Shown here: one piece after another, positions 10,504-20,745 of the stretch | Layout: each line of letters opens with the position of its first letter | How positions within the stretch are numbered: the stretch's first letter is position 1 | IMG/VR virus record: IMGVR_UViG_3300008111_000019 | Coordinates: 47,088 to 111,087 of that record | Strand: one strand, 5' to 3' | Source: a virus | Length of the DNA stretch: 64,000 bases | The notes under the pieces: model-generated | Told to the model about the DNA's origin: nothing | What the model saw: only the letters and a program-made list of their open reading frames with translations | Database searches by the model: none | Made by a program: the position numbers and the translations under genes

Positions 10504-10854
10504 ATGGACGAACGTCTGGCTAAAGCCCTAGATTTTTCAAAATTTAGGCAAACACTAACATTAGAACGTAAAAATCTCAAAGAAAAAATTGATGCTAATC
10601 TAACCTACGGTTATAATGGAGGCATCTTTAAAATTGATAGATCTTTGATAGTATTTGTTCAAATGTTAATCGACCAACAGAGAACTGAAAATGTTCCTCT
10701 CCTAGATTCAAATGACACACCTATTTTAATTTCTGATTTGAATACCTTCAAAGACGAAATATTAGATAGGTATATGACTGCGGTTTATGAATATTTTAGG
10801 CAGTACGAAAAAATAAAAAAATCTAGATCAGTAGATAAACTTATAGAACTATGA
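10504..10854 (+). CDS. Hypothetical protein, first gene of GT/radical-SAM operon
   Basis: ORF with AGGAG SD; stop overlaps next start (ATGA). Confidence 0.75.
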   Translation: MDERLAKALDFSKFRQTLTLERKNLKEKIDANLTYGYNGGIFKIDRSLIVFVQMLIDQQRTENVPLLDSNDTPILISDLNTFKDEILDRYMTAVYEYFRQYEKIKKSRSVDKLIEL

Positions 10855-11708
10855 AAAAAGGAATAGTTATTTTCGCTCATAACAGCCGAAAGGTTGATTA
10901 TAGTCTTATGTCTATAATCGCTGGCGGCCTAGCGAAAAAGCATCTTCAGATGCCAGTCTCTTTGATAACTGATCAATCTACTATGGATTGGATGAGTACT
11001 AGCAGTGCTATAAAAGATGCCGAATCTGTTTTTGATCAAATTATTATAACCGAACGTCCTTACTCAGAAAATTATAGAACATTAAGTGATGGTAATCTTA
11101 TAGACAATGTTCCTTTTATTAACAACAATAGATTTTCAGTTTGGGATTTAACTCCTTACGATAGAACATTATTAATTGACAGTGATTTTTTAATTTTTTC
11201 AGACAGATTAAAATCTCATATTGATTCTGATATTGATCTAATGATTGGAGAATCTATGATCGATCTAGGCGGAAATCGAGTAGGCACTTTAGACAAGTAT
11301 GTTTCAGACACTGGCCCTAATTTATATTGGGCAACTAATGTAGTTTTTACAAAAAATGAAAATACAAAAATATTTTTTAATTTGGTAGACTACATAAAAG
11401 AAAATTATTCTTATTATTGTGATCTTTTTAGATTTTATCCTAGACCTTATAGGAACGATATTTCATTTAGCGTTGCTAAACATATACTAGACGGATATAA
11501 CAAATCTCAAGAACAAAGTTTACCGTCAATACCCACAACTACAGATAAAGATCTATTAGTGGATATAGATGCCAACGGAAAATTAATTTTTTTAATTAAT
11601 CAAGGTAATGACGATTACGTTGCAATCTCTATCAAGAATCAAGATGTTCATGTTATGAACAAACAGAGTTTGATAAGGAACAGTGAAGTTTTGCTTAAAT
11701 TAATATGA
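10851..11708 (+). CDS. GT-A fold glycosyltransferase-like protein (GT8-like)
   Basis: TPYDRTLLIDSDFL DxD motif; paralogous to next gene. Confidence 0.65.
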   Translation: MKKGIVIFAHNSRKVDYSLMSIIAGGLAKKHLQMPVSLITDQSTMDWMSTSSAIKDAESVFDQIIITERPYSENYRTLSDGNLIDNVPFINNNRFSVWDLTPYDRTLLIDSDFLIFSDRLKSHIDSDIDLMIGESMIDLGGNRVGTLDKYVSDTGPNLYWATNVVFTKNENTKIFFNLVDYIKENYSYYCDLFRFYPRPYRNDISFSVAKHILDGYNKSQEQSLPSIPTTTDKDLLVDIDANGKLIFLINQGNDDYVAISIKNQDVHVMNKQSLIRNSEVLLKLI

Positions 11709-12532
11709 AATTTGGATATTTACTAATCACCTCAAAAAACGAATCTGTTAACTATAACAAACTAGCCTATGCGTTAGCGTTGAGTATAAAAAACACACAG
11801 AAAGAAGGGTATGACCAAGTCTGCTTAGTTACAGACGATTTGTTGTCAGCAAAAAATTTTACATCTTCGTGGGTGTTTGATCAAATAATAGAACATCCAG
11901 GACACACTGGGTGGTCTGGCAGAAGTTATATGGACCAATTGAGTCCTTTTGATTACACAGTCTGTTTAGATGTTGACATGTTATTTTTAAATGATTGCAG
12001 TCATTGGGCACAATACTTTATTGAAAATACAGATTTGTTTATCACAGACAGAGCGTTTACCTATAGAGGCGAGCCTGTAACTTCCGATTATTATAGAAAG
12101 ACATTTACGGCTAATAACTTGCCAAACCTATATAGTTATTATACATTCTTCAAACGAGATTCAGATCAAGTAAAAGAATTTTTTACCTTGCAAAGAGAAA
12201 TTTATAATAATCCTACAGAATTTTCTAATGTCTTTCTCAACGAATTCAAACCTAAAATAATTGGAACAGATGAAGCGTTTGCTTTGTCTGCAAAATTGTT
12301 AGAACTAGAATTTCCTAAATTAGAATTTCCTAACGTAGTACACATGAAAGGTCAAGTACAAAACTGGCCTTGGCCCGCTGACGAATGGACCAATCATGTG
12401 GGATTTTATTTTAACAAAACTGGATTAAAAATAGGAAATTTTCAACAGAAAGATCTTATACATTATGTTAATAAAGATATTATCCTGGATGAAATAATCA
12501 GTATACTTGAGGAAACAGCATGGAAGAAGTAA
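11705..12532 (+). CDS. GT-A fold glycosyltransferase-like protein (GT8-like)
   Basis: ALALSIK..VCLVTD..SPFDYTVCLDVDMLF DxD motif. Confidence 0.65.
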   Translation: MKFGYLLITSKNESVNYNKLAYALALSIKNTQKEGYDQVCLVTDDLLSAKNFTSSWVFDQIIEHPGHTGWSGRSYMDQLSPFDYTVCLDVDMLFLNDCSHWAQYFIENTDLFITDRAFTYRGEPVTSDYYRKTFTANNLPNLYSYYTFFKRDSDQVKEFFTLQREIYNNPTEFSNVFLNEFKPKIIGTDEAFALSAKLLELEFPKLEFPNVVHMKGQVQNWPWPADEWTNHVGFYFNKTGLKIGNFQQKDLIHYVNKDIILDEIISILEETAWKK

Positions 12533-13107
12533 TTGACTTCGATCAATGGTATCAAACTCATAATATAGAAATTGAGTACTGGGCAGTTTATGATCCTGAA
12601 ACGGGTAAAGTAAAAGGAATATATCCTAACCAATCTGCAGATTCCTTCGAACATAAAATTAAAGTAGATCAAGAAACAGGAGAAGCCATAGGTTCTGGAA
12701 AAATATCATTGGCTAATTGTTATATTGATTTTGAATCAGATACTCTTGAAATAATAGAAATTAAATCGTTGATTAAAATTGACGATGTTCTACACAGAAT
12801 AATAGACAGTCGCTGGGCCGATTCAAAAGATCCCGACCTAACAATCAGTGTCAAAGATAATAATTTAATTTTTTCTTTGTCAGACAAAGTAAAATCAAAA
12901 AAAAGAATTCATTATAACGGTGATACTATAATGGATTTTTACATTACCGAATACAACGATCCTAATATACTTTTTGAAAAATTTTCAATACAATTAAATC
13001 AGTTAATTGACGAGGAAAAAAGTTTTCAAATTAAATTGCCTCAAAAATTTAGTGTGTATACACGTCGCATTTTTAAAAAATATATTCTTATAAATGAAAA
13101 CAATTGA
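12520..13107 (+). CDS. Hypothetical protein
   Basis: 195-aa ORF overlapping both neighbours. Confidence 0.7.
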   Translation: MEEVIDFDQWYQTHNIEIEYWAVYDPETGKVKGIYPNQSADSFEHKIKVDQETGEAIGSGKISLANCYIDFESDTLEIIEIKSLIKIDDVLHRIIDSRWADSKDPDLTISVKDNNLIFSLSDKVKSKKRIHYNGDTIMDFYITEYNDPNILFEKFSIQLNQLIDEEKSFQIKLPQKFSVYTRRIFKKYILINENN

Positions 13108-14011
13108 ATTTGATGTAATCTTTTTAAGTTATGACGAGCCTAATGCAGATCTGCATTATGCTGATTTATGCAGTAAGGTACCTTGGGCTAAACGTGTACA
13201 CGGTGTTAAAGGTTCCGACCATGCTCACAAAGCCGCAGCAAATTTATCAGATACTGATTGGTTTATCACTGTGGATGCTGATAATATTGTAGATCCTAAA
13301 TTTTTTAATATTGATCTAGATATGAGTGATCCTAAGATACAGGTCTATGGATGGTGCGGTCGTAATGTGATCAACGGATTGCGTTACGGAAACGGCGGAT
13401 TAAAAATTTGGAAGAAAGATTTTGTGCTTAACATGAAAACGCACGAAAACTCAGATAGTGATCGCGGACAAGTAGATTTTTGTTGGGAAGATGGATATCG
13501 TAACTTTCCTTTAAGTTTCAGCGACAGTATCATTACAGGTTCTCCATTTCAGGCTTGGAGAGCAGGATTTCGAGAAGGTGTTAAAATGACCTTACTTGAT
13601 GGTGTTAAAGTTCCTGCACAAGAAATACAACAGAGAATATGGTGGCATAATATCCATAGACTGCGCATGTGGTCTACAGTTGGTAGCCATGAAGAAAATG
13701 GAATCTATGCAGTATATGGTGCAAGATTAGGCACATGGATGGCCAACTGCACCGAATGGAATTATGTAGATGTAAGAGATTTTGAAATACTTAGAGGTAT
13801 ATGGCAGCAGTACGGAAAACCTTATGAAGAAGTTAACGAAGACGGCCTAGTTGACGAAATAAAAAATCTCGGAGAAAAAATAAAATACAATCTAGGATTA
13901 GATTGGCCTTGGCTAGATGCCCAACAGAGCAAATATACTTTGGATTTATATAATGAAACTATGAATCTAAACGATACTTATTTCCGGATGCCGGTGCCTG
14001 CAGATGTATGA
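13094..14011 (+). CDS. GT-A (family 2-like) glycosyltransferase
   Basis: DVIFLSYDEP..AHKAAA..WFITVDADN DxD motif..YGNGGLK. Confidence 0.7.
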   Translation: MKTIEFDVIFLSYDEPNADLHYADLCSKVPWAKRVHGVKGSDHAHKAAANLSDTDWFITVDADNIVDPKFFNIDLDMSDPKIQVYGWCGRNVINGLRYGNGGLKIWKKDFVLNMKTHENSDSDRGQVDFCWEDGYRNFPLSFSDSIITGSPFQAWRAGFREGVKMTLLDGVKVPAQEIQQRIWWHNIHRLRMWSTVGSHEENGIYAVYGARLGTWMANCTEWNYVDVRDFEILRGIWQQYGKPYEEVNEDGLVDEIKNLGEKIKYNLGLDWPWLDAQQSKYTLDLYNETMNLNDTYFRMPVPADV

Positions 14012-15992
14012 TATTTTTTACGTTTCAAAAACAAAAGGCAATGATGATGACTGGGCAACATTTAAGTCAGAATATCCTATTGCACAACGTTTAACAAATG
14101 TAACATCCTACGAACAAATTAAGTCAAAAGCATTTACAAAAATGTTTTGGGTAGTTTGGGATGATCTTAATTTACTAAAAACATTTAATTTAAATAATTA
14201 TAGAGCAACAAAATGGGACGATATGTATGTTCACGTTTTTAAAAACGGAGAACATCATGACGGAGTTTGTTTATTTCCTAAATCATTAAATGTTTCTCAA
14301 AAAGAATTTCATCATAGATTTTTTACAGCAAAAAAAGAAATAGAGATTAACGCTAGTACTCCAAAGAAATATAATATCTATACTCCGCAATCATATGATG
14401 AGTATAAGTCTATAGAAGATGAAATGTTCTGGTGTATATGGCCAGAGGTTGAAGTTACAGACGAATCTATTTTTGATTTATATTTCAGCCATCATAACAC
14501 ATATGATCGCAGAGAAAATCATATTTTTAAAAACACATGTAACGAAGTTGATTCGTATATGAGTGGCATCGTGCTTTGTAGCAGGTATAAGCGAATTTCA
14601 TCTCGAGAGTTTGAAAAACAATATCTTGTTGATAAAAAAGAATACGATGTAACTGCCAGCAAATTTAGATACCCTAGGCATGTTATACATAGTTATGAAC
14701 AATACTTAGAAATTTTAAACAACGAAAGCCAAAGTATGTTTTGGGGTATATGGCCAGAGATTGAAATAATTGACACAACAATACTTGATTTTTACTTTGA
14801 TCCTAACAATAAAGAATATGATGCTGACAGACATCAAAATCATATGTTTAAAAATTTATGTAATAATGAAGAGTCTTATCTTAACGGACTTGTTTTATTT
14901 TCTAAAGAGAAAACTATATCGAAAAAAGAATTTTCTCGCAGATATCTAATCGAGAAAAAAGAACATAACAAGGTTGTTAGTCGTTATAGATATCCTAGAT
15001 ATGTTATGCATAGTTATGAGCAGTACTTAGAAATTTTAAACAATGAAAGTCAAAAAATGTTCTGGGGTATATGGCCAGAAGTTGAAATTATAGATCAATC
15101 TATTTTTGGTTTATATTTTGATCCCAGAGACTGGAAAGAACAATACGACACCAGCGAAAATAACACATTTAAACATAGTTTCAATGATAAGATAATATCA
15201 ATGAATAGTCCAGTATTATTTTCTAAACAGAGTCCTATAGGAAAACGAGAATTTTCTCATAGATTCTTAACCAATAAAAAAGAAAATGATAAAGTTATCT
15301 CCAAGCATAAATTATATGATGTAGTTTTTATAAGTTATAATGAACCGAATGCAGATGAAAACTATCAAAAATTACTAGATAAATGTCCCAGGGCTAAGAG
15401 AGTACATGGTGTAAAAGGAATACATCGGGCTCATATTAAGGCAGCGGAATTGTCAGAAACAGACATGTTATGGATAGTGGATGGTGATGCTATCATATCC
15501 AATGATTTCAATTTTGATCTAGTATATTTTAGTTACAGTTATGATGTAGATTGCGTTCACGTATGGAGTAGTCGGAACCCTATTAACGGTTTAGAATACG
15601 GATATGGCGGAGTAAAATTGCTTCCAAGATTATTAACATTGAATATGGACTTAAATACTGCCGACATGACTACATCTATATCTAAAAAATTCAAATCGAT
15701 GAATGTTGTATCTAATATCACTGTCTTTAATACTGATCCTTTTAACACATGGAAATCGGCATTTAGAGAATGCGCTAAGTTAGCCAGTAAGGTAATAGAA
15801 AGACAAGACAATGACGAAACAATTAAACGATTAGATACATGGTGTGAAGTTGCCGATGGGGATTACGGATATTATGCCATTGCAGGAGCATTAGCAGGTC
15901 GTGCATACGGAGAGCAGAATAAAGGTAACTTCGAAACACTTAAGAAGATAAACGATTTTGACTGGTTAAGAGAAAAATTTAATGCAGGATAA
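14004..15992 (+). CDS. Glycosyltransferase with four N-terminal degenerate repeats and a C-terminal GT2-like domain
   Basis: C-terminal DVVFISYNEP..AHIKAA..MLWIVDGDA..YGYGGVK paralogous to 13094; four ~105-aa MFWxxW repeats. Confidence 0.7.
   Translation: MYDIFYVSKTKGNDDDWATFKSEYPIAQRLTNVTSYEQIKSKAFTKMFWVVWDDLNLLKTFNLNNYRATKWDDMYVHVFKNGEHHDGVCLFPKSLNVSQKEFHHRFFTAKKEIEINASTPKKYNIYTPQSYDEYKSIEDEMFWCIWPEVEVTDESIFDLYFSHHNTYDRRENHIFKNTCNEVDSYMSGIVLCSRYKRISSREFEKQYLVDKKEYDVTASKFRYPRHVIHSYEQYLEILNNESQSMFWGIWPEIEIIDTTILDFYFDPNNKEYDADRHQNHMFKNLCNNEESYLNGLVLFSKEKTISKKEFSRRYLIEKKEHNKVVSRYRYPRYVMHSYEQYLEILNNESQKMFWGIWPEVEIIDQSIFGLYFDPRDWKEQYDTSENNTFKHSFNDKIISMNSPVLFSKQSPIGKREFSHRFLTNKKENDKVISKHKLYDVVFISYNEPNADENYQKLLDKCPRAKRVHGVKGIHRAHIKAAELSETDMLWIVDGDAIISNDFNFDLVYFSYSYDVDCVHVWSSRNPINGLEYGYGGVKLLPRLLTLNMDLNTADMTTSISKKFKSMNVVSNITVFNTDPFNTWKSAFRECAKLASKVIERQDNDETIKRLDTWCEVADGDYGYYAIAGALAGRAYGEQNKGNFETLKKINDFDWLREKFNAG
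14667..15300 (+). repeat. Tandem ~321-nt coding duplication
   Basis: YPRHVIHSYEQYLEILNNESQSMFWGIWPE at ~14667 and YPRYVMHSYEQYLEILNNESQKMFWGIWPE at ~14988, near-identical DNA at their starts. Confidence 0.85.
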
Positions 15993-17352
15993 AGCTAGAA
16001 TACAAAAATTTATTCCTATTATGAATGAAGTTTCGCCGACTTTTTGTTTAGCGAAATGGCATCATACTACGATTTATTTACAGACAGGTGAAACTCATAG
16101 TTGTTATCACCCTCCACCACACCCAATTCCTCTTGAAGAGTTAATAATGAATCCCGGTGCATTACATAATACTACTCAAAAGAAAATGGAAAGGCTGGAA
16201 ATGCTCAACGGAGAAAAACCCAGCGGTTGTAACTATTGTTGGAATATAGAAGCACTAGGCGAAGATTATATCAGCGATCGAAAAGAAAGAAATGCCAGCA
16301 TTTACAATCTCGAAAGATTTGATCAGATTAAAAACGGCGATTGGGATCAAAATATTAATCCTCAATATATAGAAATAAGTTTTGGTAACGAATGTAATTT
16401 CAAGTGCGGGTATTGTCACCCTAAACATTCAAGCAGTTATTACAAAGAAATAAAAGATCACGGTCCTTATACTATGGTTAAAAATCATAGGAACGACATT
16501 GATTGGTTTAAAATTTATGAAGAAGAAAATAATCCGTATGTAGATGCCTGGTGGCGTTGGTGGCCTGAAGTACGTAATACTCTGACAATTCTAAGAATAA
16601 CAGGAGGCGAACCGTTACTGCAACAAAGTACTTGGCGCCTGTTAGAAGATCTGGAAAACAACCCGTCGCCTGATCTTGAACTTAATATTAACAGCAATTT
16701 TGGTGTAAAGCCTATACTTTTAGATAGACTTACTGAAAAGGTCAATAATTTAATAGAAAATAAAAAAATTAAAGATTTTAAAATTTTCACTAGTATGGAT
16801 ACTTGGGGTCCCCAAGCAGAGTATATTCGAACAGGATTAGACATTGAACTATGGGAAAGAAATCTCAATACCTACCTAACTAAAACCAATTTGCCCATAA
16901 CATTCATGATTACCTTTAATATATTAACGGTTCCAAATTTTTCAACTTTATTAACTAAAATTTTAGAGTGGAGACAGAAATATAATCATGATAATCAAAA
17001 CAAATGGCAACGTGTGAGATTCGATACTCCGTTTTTAAAAGAACCGTTGCAGTATGATATGAATATATTGCCTAAAGAAGAATTCATGCCCTATATGTAC
17101 GATCATTTAAATTTTATCAAAGATAATTTAGATGATAAAAATAGGTTTAAATTTAGTGAATTAGAATATGAAAAATTTTTAAGGGTAGTGAAGTACATGG
17201 AAACTACCAACTATAGCAATGATAAATTAACTGAAGGAAGAAAAGATTTTTATAATTGGTTCAACGAGTACGATCGAAGACGAGGAACTAATTTTGAAGA
17301 AACCTTCCCTCAACTAAGAAATTTTTTAGAGATGTGTAAAAATTATGGATAA
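15982..17352 (+). CDS. Radical SAM protein with N-terminal Twitch/SPASM-like domain
   Basis: CNFKCGYC, TGGEP; N-terminal FC..SCYH..CNYCW. Confidence 0.9.
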   Translation: MQDKARIQKFIPIMNEVSPTFCLAKWHHTTIYLQTGETHSCYHPPPHPIPLEELIMNPGALHNTTQKKMERLEMLNGEKPSGCNYCWNIEALGEDYISDRKERNASIYNLERFDQIKNGDWDQNINPQYIEISFGNECNFKCGYCHPKHSSSYYKEIKDHGPYTMVKNHRNDIDWFKIYEEENNPYVDAWWRWWPEVRNTLTILRITGGEPLLQQSTWRLLEDLENNPSPDLELNINSNFGVKPILLDRLTEKVNNLIENKKIKDFKIFTSMDTWGPQAEYIRTGLDIELWERNLNTYLTKTNLPITFMITFNILTVPNFSTLLTKILEWRQKYNHDNQNKWQRVRFDTPFLKEPLQYDMNILPKEEFMPYMYDHLNFIKDNLDDKNRFKFSELEYEKFLRVVKYMETTNYSNDKLTEGRKDFYNWFNEYDRRRGTNFEETFPQLRNFLEMCKNYG

Positions 17353-19798
17353 AGACAATTTTTGTTTACAGCCTTGGGTAGGAATTCATGCATGGCCAGA
17401 CGGGTCAGTTTTCCCCTGCTGTATGTACGATTCAAGTAAACCCCTTGGAAACATTAATCAAGAACATATTGAAGATTTAGTTAATAACGATTCTTACAAG
17501 CAATTAAGACACCAGTTACTAAACAACGAACGTCCCGAGGGATGTAAGCGTTGTTATCAGTTAGAAGAATCGGGCATTCAAACACTAAGACAATCAACCA
17601 GTGCTACGTTCAAGAAACATCTAATTCCTATTGTTGAATCAAAAAAAGATACAATGAGTGAAGTTAGGTATCTTGATATTAGATTTAGTAATATCTGCAA
17701 TTTCAAATGCAGAACATGTGGCCCCGAATTAAGCAGTAAGTGGGGACCCGAGATTCCTCTTTTAAAAAATCAACCAGATCCTGGAATTATTCAAATACCA
17801 AGAGAAAAGTTTTGGAATTATTACGAACAGGCTTTAGAAACTGCTGAAGAAATAGTTTTTGCTGGGGGTGAGGCATTGATGCAAGAAGAGCATTATGCTG
17901 CCTTAACAAAATTGATCGAGATGAAACGCTTCGATGTCAAGTTAATGTATACTACGAATCTTAGCACTTTGAAATACAAACAGATAGATCTTTTTGAATT
18001 ATGGAGTAAGTTTTATAGAGTTGAAGTGTATGCTAGTTTAGATGCATCGTGGGAGCGAGGAGAATACTTACGAAAAGGCACTGTATGGAAAAATATAGTT
18101 GAAAACAGGAAAAAATTAAAATTATTGCCCGGCGTAAAATTCCATATCACGCCTACTATAAGTCTTTATAATGTATGGCATTTTCCAGATTTCTATAAAG
18201 AGTGGGTGCTAGAAGAATTACTAGAACCTAAGAATATTAGATTGAATATACTAACACAGCCCCCTCGTCAACAGGCCAATGTGCTAGAAAATAAACATGT
18301 CATTATCGATAAATGGAACGAACTAATTACATGGACCAAGGCTGTAATGAAAAATACAGAAGCCAGTTCAGCAGTAGTAAGTCAGTTTGAAAGTGTGATA
18401 AATTTTTTAATGACTGAACCAGAAAATAAATTTAAATTAACAGAAAAATTTGGATACGTTAATCAATCAGTTGACAGCATTCGAAATGAAGATCTTTTTG
18501 AAACTTTCCCAGAACTTAGAGATCATTTAAAAATTCCATCGATGAGATCTAAAACGTTTTGTGTATTTCCTTTCTTTAATTTAAACAGCAATACAGATGG
18601 TAGTGTAAAACTTTGTTGTACTGTGCGAGATAATTCACACCTTAAAAAATCTGACGGTACTGAATTTAATTTAGGTCAGGATTCTATAGAAGAAATTTGG
18701 AATAACGAACATATGCAGAATGCTCGCTGGAAAATGCTAGTGGGTGAAGAAGTTTCTGACTGCCAAGTTTGTTATAGACACGAAAAATTATCCGGTAGTA
18801 GCAGTAGAACTGAATCTAATAAAAAATATCAATCTGATATTAATGTTATAAAGTCAGTGAATGAATTTTTACACAATTCAAAAGTATCTCTAGACAAATT
18901 AACTAGTTTAGAATTAAGATTGGGCAATACTTGTAATTTGGCCTGTAATTCATGTTGGGGCGGCAGTAGTAGTAAAGTCAATGAAGAACGGCAACGTATT
19001 TTAGATAAAGAGACGGAAAATAAAAAATATCAGGTAATGTGGGCCAGTGAACGAAATATTCCTGCTGATATTAATAAATGGTTTAAAAATGAAACATACA
19101 AAGATACTATGGAGAAAGTATCGGGTAATCTTAAAAGAATATACCTTACAGGCGGCGAACCGACTTTGATCAAAGAAAATAGAACATTACTAAAAAATCT
19201 TATAGAATCTAACAATACAGATTGTTTTGTAAGTTTTACTACTAATGGTACAACAGCAGAAGGCGAACTGTTAGATTTAATGTCTCATTTCCCTAATAAT
19301 GAGATACAGATCAGTATAGATGGTGTTGGGTATGAAGGAAATTATATTAGACATCCTTTAAATTGGCAAGAATTTGATAATAACTTTACTGCTATTGCAG
19401 CCCTGCCAAATATCAAGATTGTTGTTTATTCTGTGATCAGTGCTTACAATTTATTTTCTTTACCAGACATATGGCGTTATCTCGATAACAAAGCAGAATA
19501 TCGCCCTGTAGGTTGGTATCCTATTTTCTTAGATAATCCAAACTTTATGCGCACTACGATATGGAGTAGTGAAATGAGATCAGATGCTGTGATTAAAATG
19601 CAAGAAGCAGAGGGACAACTAAAACATCTAAATAGATATGTAGGTCAAGAAGTGTTCCAAAAAATTTACGAATACTATTACAGTGAAGAATACCAAAAAG
19701 ATAAGATCAGTGAGTTTTTAGAATTTAATAGACTGCTGGACAAACATAGAGGCACGAATTTCGAGTCTACATTTTTTGAGATATCATGCCGAATCTAA
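17345..19798 (+). CDS. Tandem double radical SAM protein (two Twitch-like+rSAM units)
   Basis: CNFKCRTC/AGGEA and CNLACNSC/TGGEP, each preceded by FC.xP..G...CC..CxxC. Confidence 0.9.
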   Translation: MDKDNFCLQPWVGIHAWPDGSVFPCCMYDSSKPLGNINQEHIEDLVNNDSYKQLRHQLLNNERPEGCKRCYQLEESGIQTLRQSTSATFKKHLIPIVESKKDTMSEVRYLDIRFSNICNFKCRTCGPELSSKWGPEIPLLKNQPDPGIIQIPREKFWNYYEQALETAEEIVFAGGEALMQEEHYAALTKLIEMKRFDVKLMYTTNLSTLKYKQIDLFELWSKFYRVEVYASLDASWERGEYLRKGTVWKNIVENRKKLKLLPGVKFHITPTISLYNVWHFPDFYKEWVLEELLEPKNIRLNILTQPPRQQANVLENKHVIIDKWNELITWTKAVMKNTEASSAVVSQFESVINFLMTEPENKFKLTEKFGYVNQSVDSIRNEDLFETFPELRDHLKIPSMRSKTFCVFPFFNLNSNTDGSVKLCCTVRDNSHLKKSDGTEFNLGQDSIEEIWNNEHMQNARWKMLVGEEVSDCQVCYRHEKLSGSSSRTESNKKYQSDINVIKSVNEFLHNSKVSLDKLTSLELRLGNTCNLACNSCWGGSSSKVNEERQRILDKETENKKYQVMWASERNIPADINKWFKNETYKDTMEKVSGNLKRIYLTGGEPTLIKENRTLLKNLIESNNTDCFVSFTTNGTTAEGELLDLMSHFPNNEIQISIDGVGYEGNYIRHPLNWQEFDNNFTAIAALPNIKIVVYSVISAYNLFSLPDIWRYLDNKAEYRPVGWYPIFLDNPNFMRTTIWSSEMRSDAVIKMQEAEGQLKHLNRYVGQEVFQKIYEYYYSEEYQKDKISEFLEFNRLLDKHRGTNFESTFFEISCRI

Positions 19799-20745
19799 TA
19801 GCCATTTCTCCCAAAGACAATCCGTACCTTGCTATAACATGGCAGGTTAATAATTTTTGCAATTATAGGTGTAGTTATTGTAACGAAGGAAACTGGAGTG
19901 GGTCTTACACTAATGAAGATAAAATTGATGTTTTATTAGAAAATTTAGAAAAAATAATAAAATATTATCAAGATAACGGTTATGTATATTTCAAGTTTTA
20001 TTACAGTGGCGGTGAACCTACCCTCTGGAAAGGTTTAATACCAGTATCTAATTTTCTCAAAGAGAGATTGGGTCATAATGTAACTTTAGGAATTAATACA
20101 AACCTAAGTAGAAAAATTTCTTGGTGGGAAAAACATTATCAATTGTTTGATGATGTAGTTGCTAGTTATCATCCTGAGTTTGCAAATAAATCAAATTACT
20201 TAGAAATTGCAGAATTTTTACAAAATAAAGTAAATTATCTTTGTTTAAGAATGATGCTGTTAGAAGAAAAGTTCGATGACATGTTAACAGTAGGAGCAGA
20301 AATTAAAAGTAAATTAAAGAATTACAATCTTGAATGGGTTCCGCTATTAGATGAAATGAGTGTTGTAACGGGCCCGTGGAAATACAAAGATTCTAGAATA
20401 TCGGATTTTATATCAAAAAATAATTTTGAATCTAAGGTAACTATATATAAACCCGAACCAAAAACAGTAATTGCTTCAGTAGAAAAATACGATGATGGCA
20501 CTGTAAAGACTTTGAATAGTAATAGAATCGTAGCAGAAAACAGAAATTTTTTCCAAGGATGGAAATGTAAAGTTCAGGAATCTATTTTTATTTCACCTAG
20601 CGGAACAATGAGAGCCGCAAGTTGCGGCCAAGGACCGATGTTAGGAAACATATTCGATGTTTTTAAATTAACGTCAAATGACGTTATCTGTCAAAAGGAC
20701 TATTGTCATTGCGGAACTGATATATTAATTACTAAAGAAAAATGA
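19786..20745 (+). CDS. Radical SAM protein with C-terminal Cys cluster
   Basis: CNYRCSYC, SGGEP; C-terminal WKC..SC..ICQKDYCHC. Confidence 0.9.
   Translation: MPNLIAISPKDNPYLAITWQVNNFCNYRCSYCNEGNWSGSYTNEDKIDVLLENLEKIIKYYQDNGYVYFKFYYSGGEPTLWKGLIPVSNFLKERLGHNVTLGINTNLSRKISWWEKHYQLFDDVVASYHPEFANKSNYLEIAEFLQNKVNYLCLRMMLLEEKFDDMLTVGAEIKSKLKNYNLEWVPLLDEMSVVTGPWKYKDSRISDFISKNNFESKVTIYKPEPKTVIASVEKYDDGTVKTLNSNRIVAENRNFFQGWKCKVQESIFISPSGTMRAASCGQGPMLGNIFDVFKLTSNDVICQKDYCHCGTDILITKEK

Noticed and set aside
14667-15300. DGR template/variable repeat or CRISPR-like repeat
   Set aside because: Both copies are in-frame in one gene, differences are not adenine-restricted, and there is no reverse transcriptase or spacer structure in the window
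901-19215. Minus-strand ORFs within the fibre, GT and rSAM genes
   Set aside because: Antisense shadows of long motif-bearing plus-strand genes; no RBS or recognisable motifs
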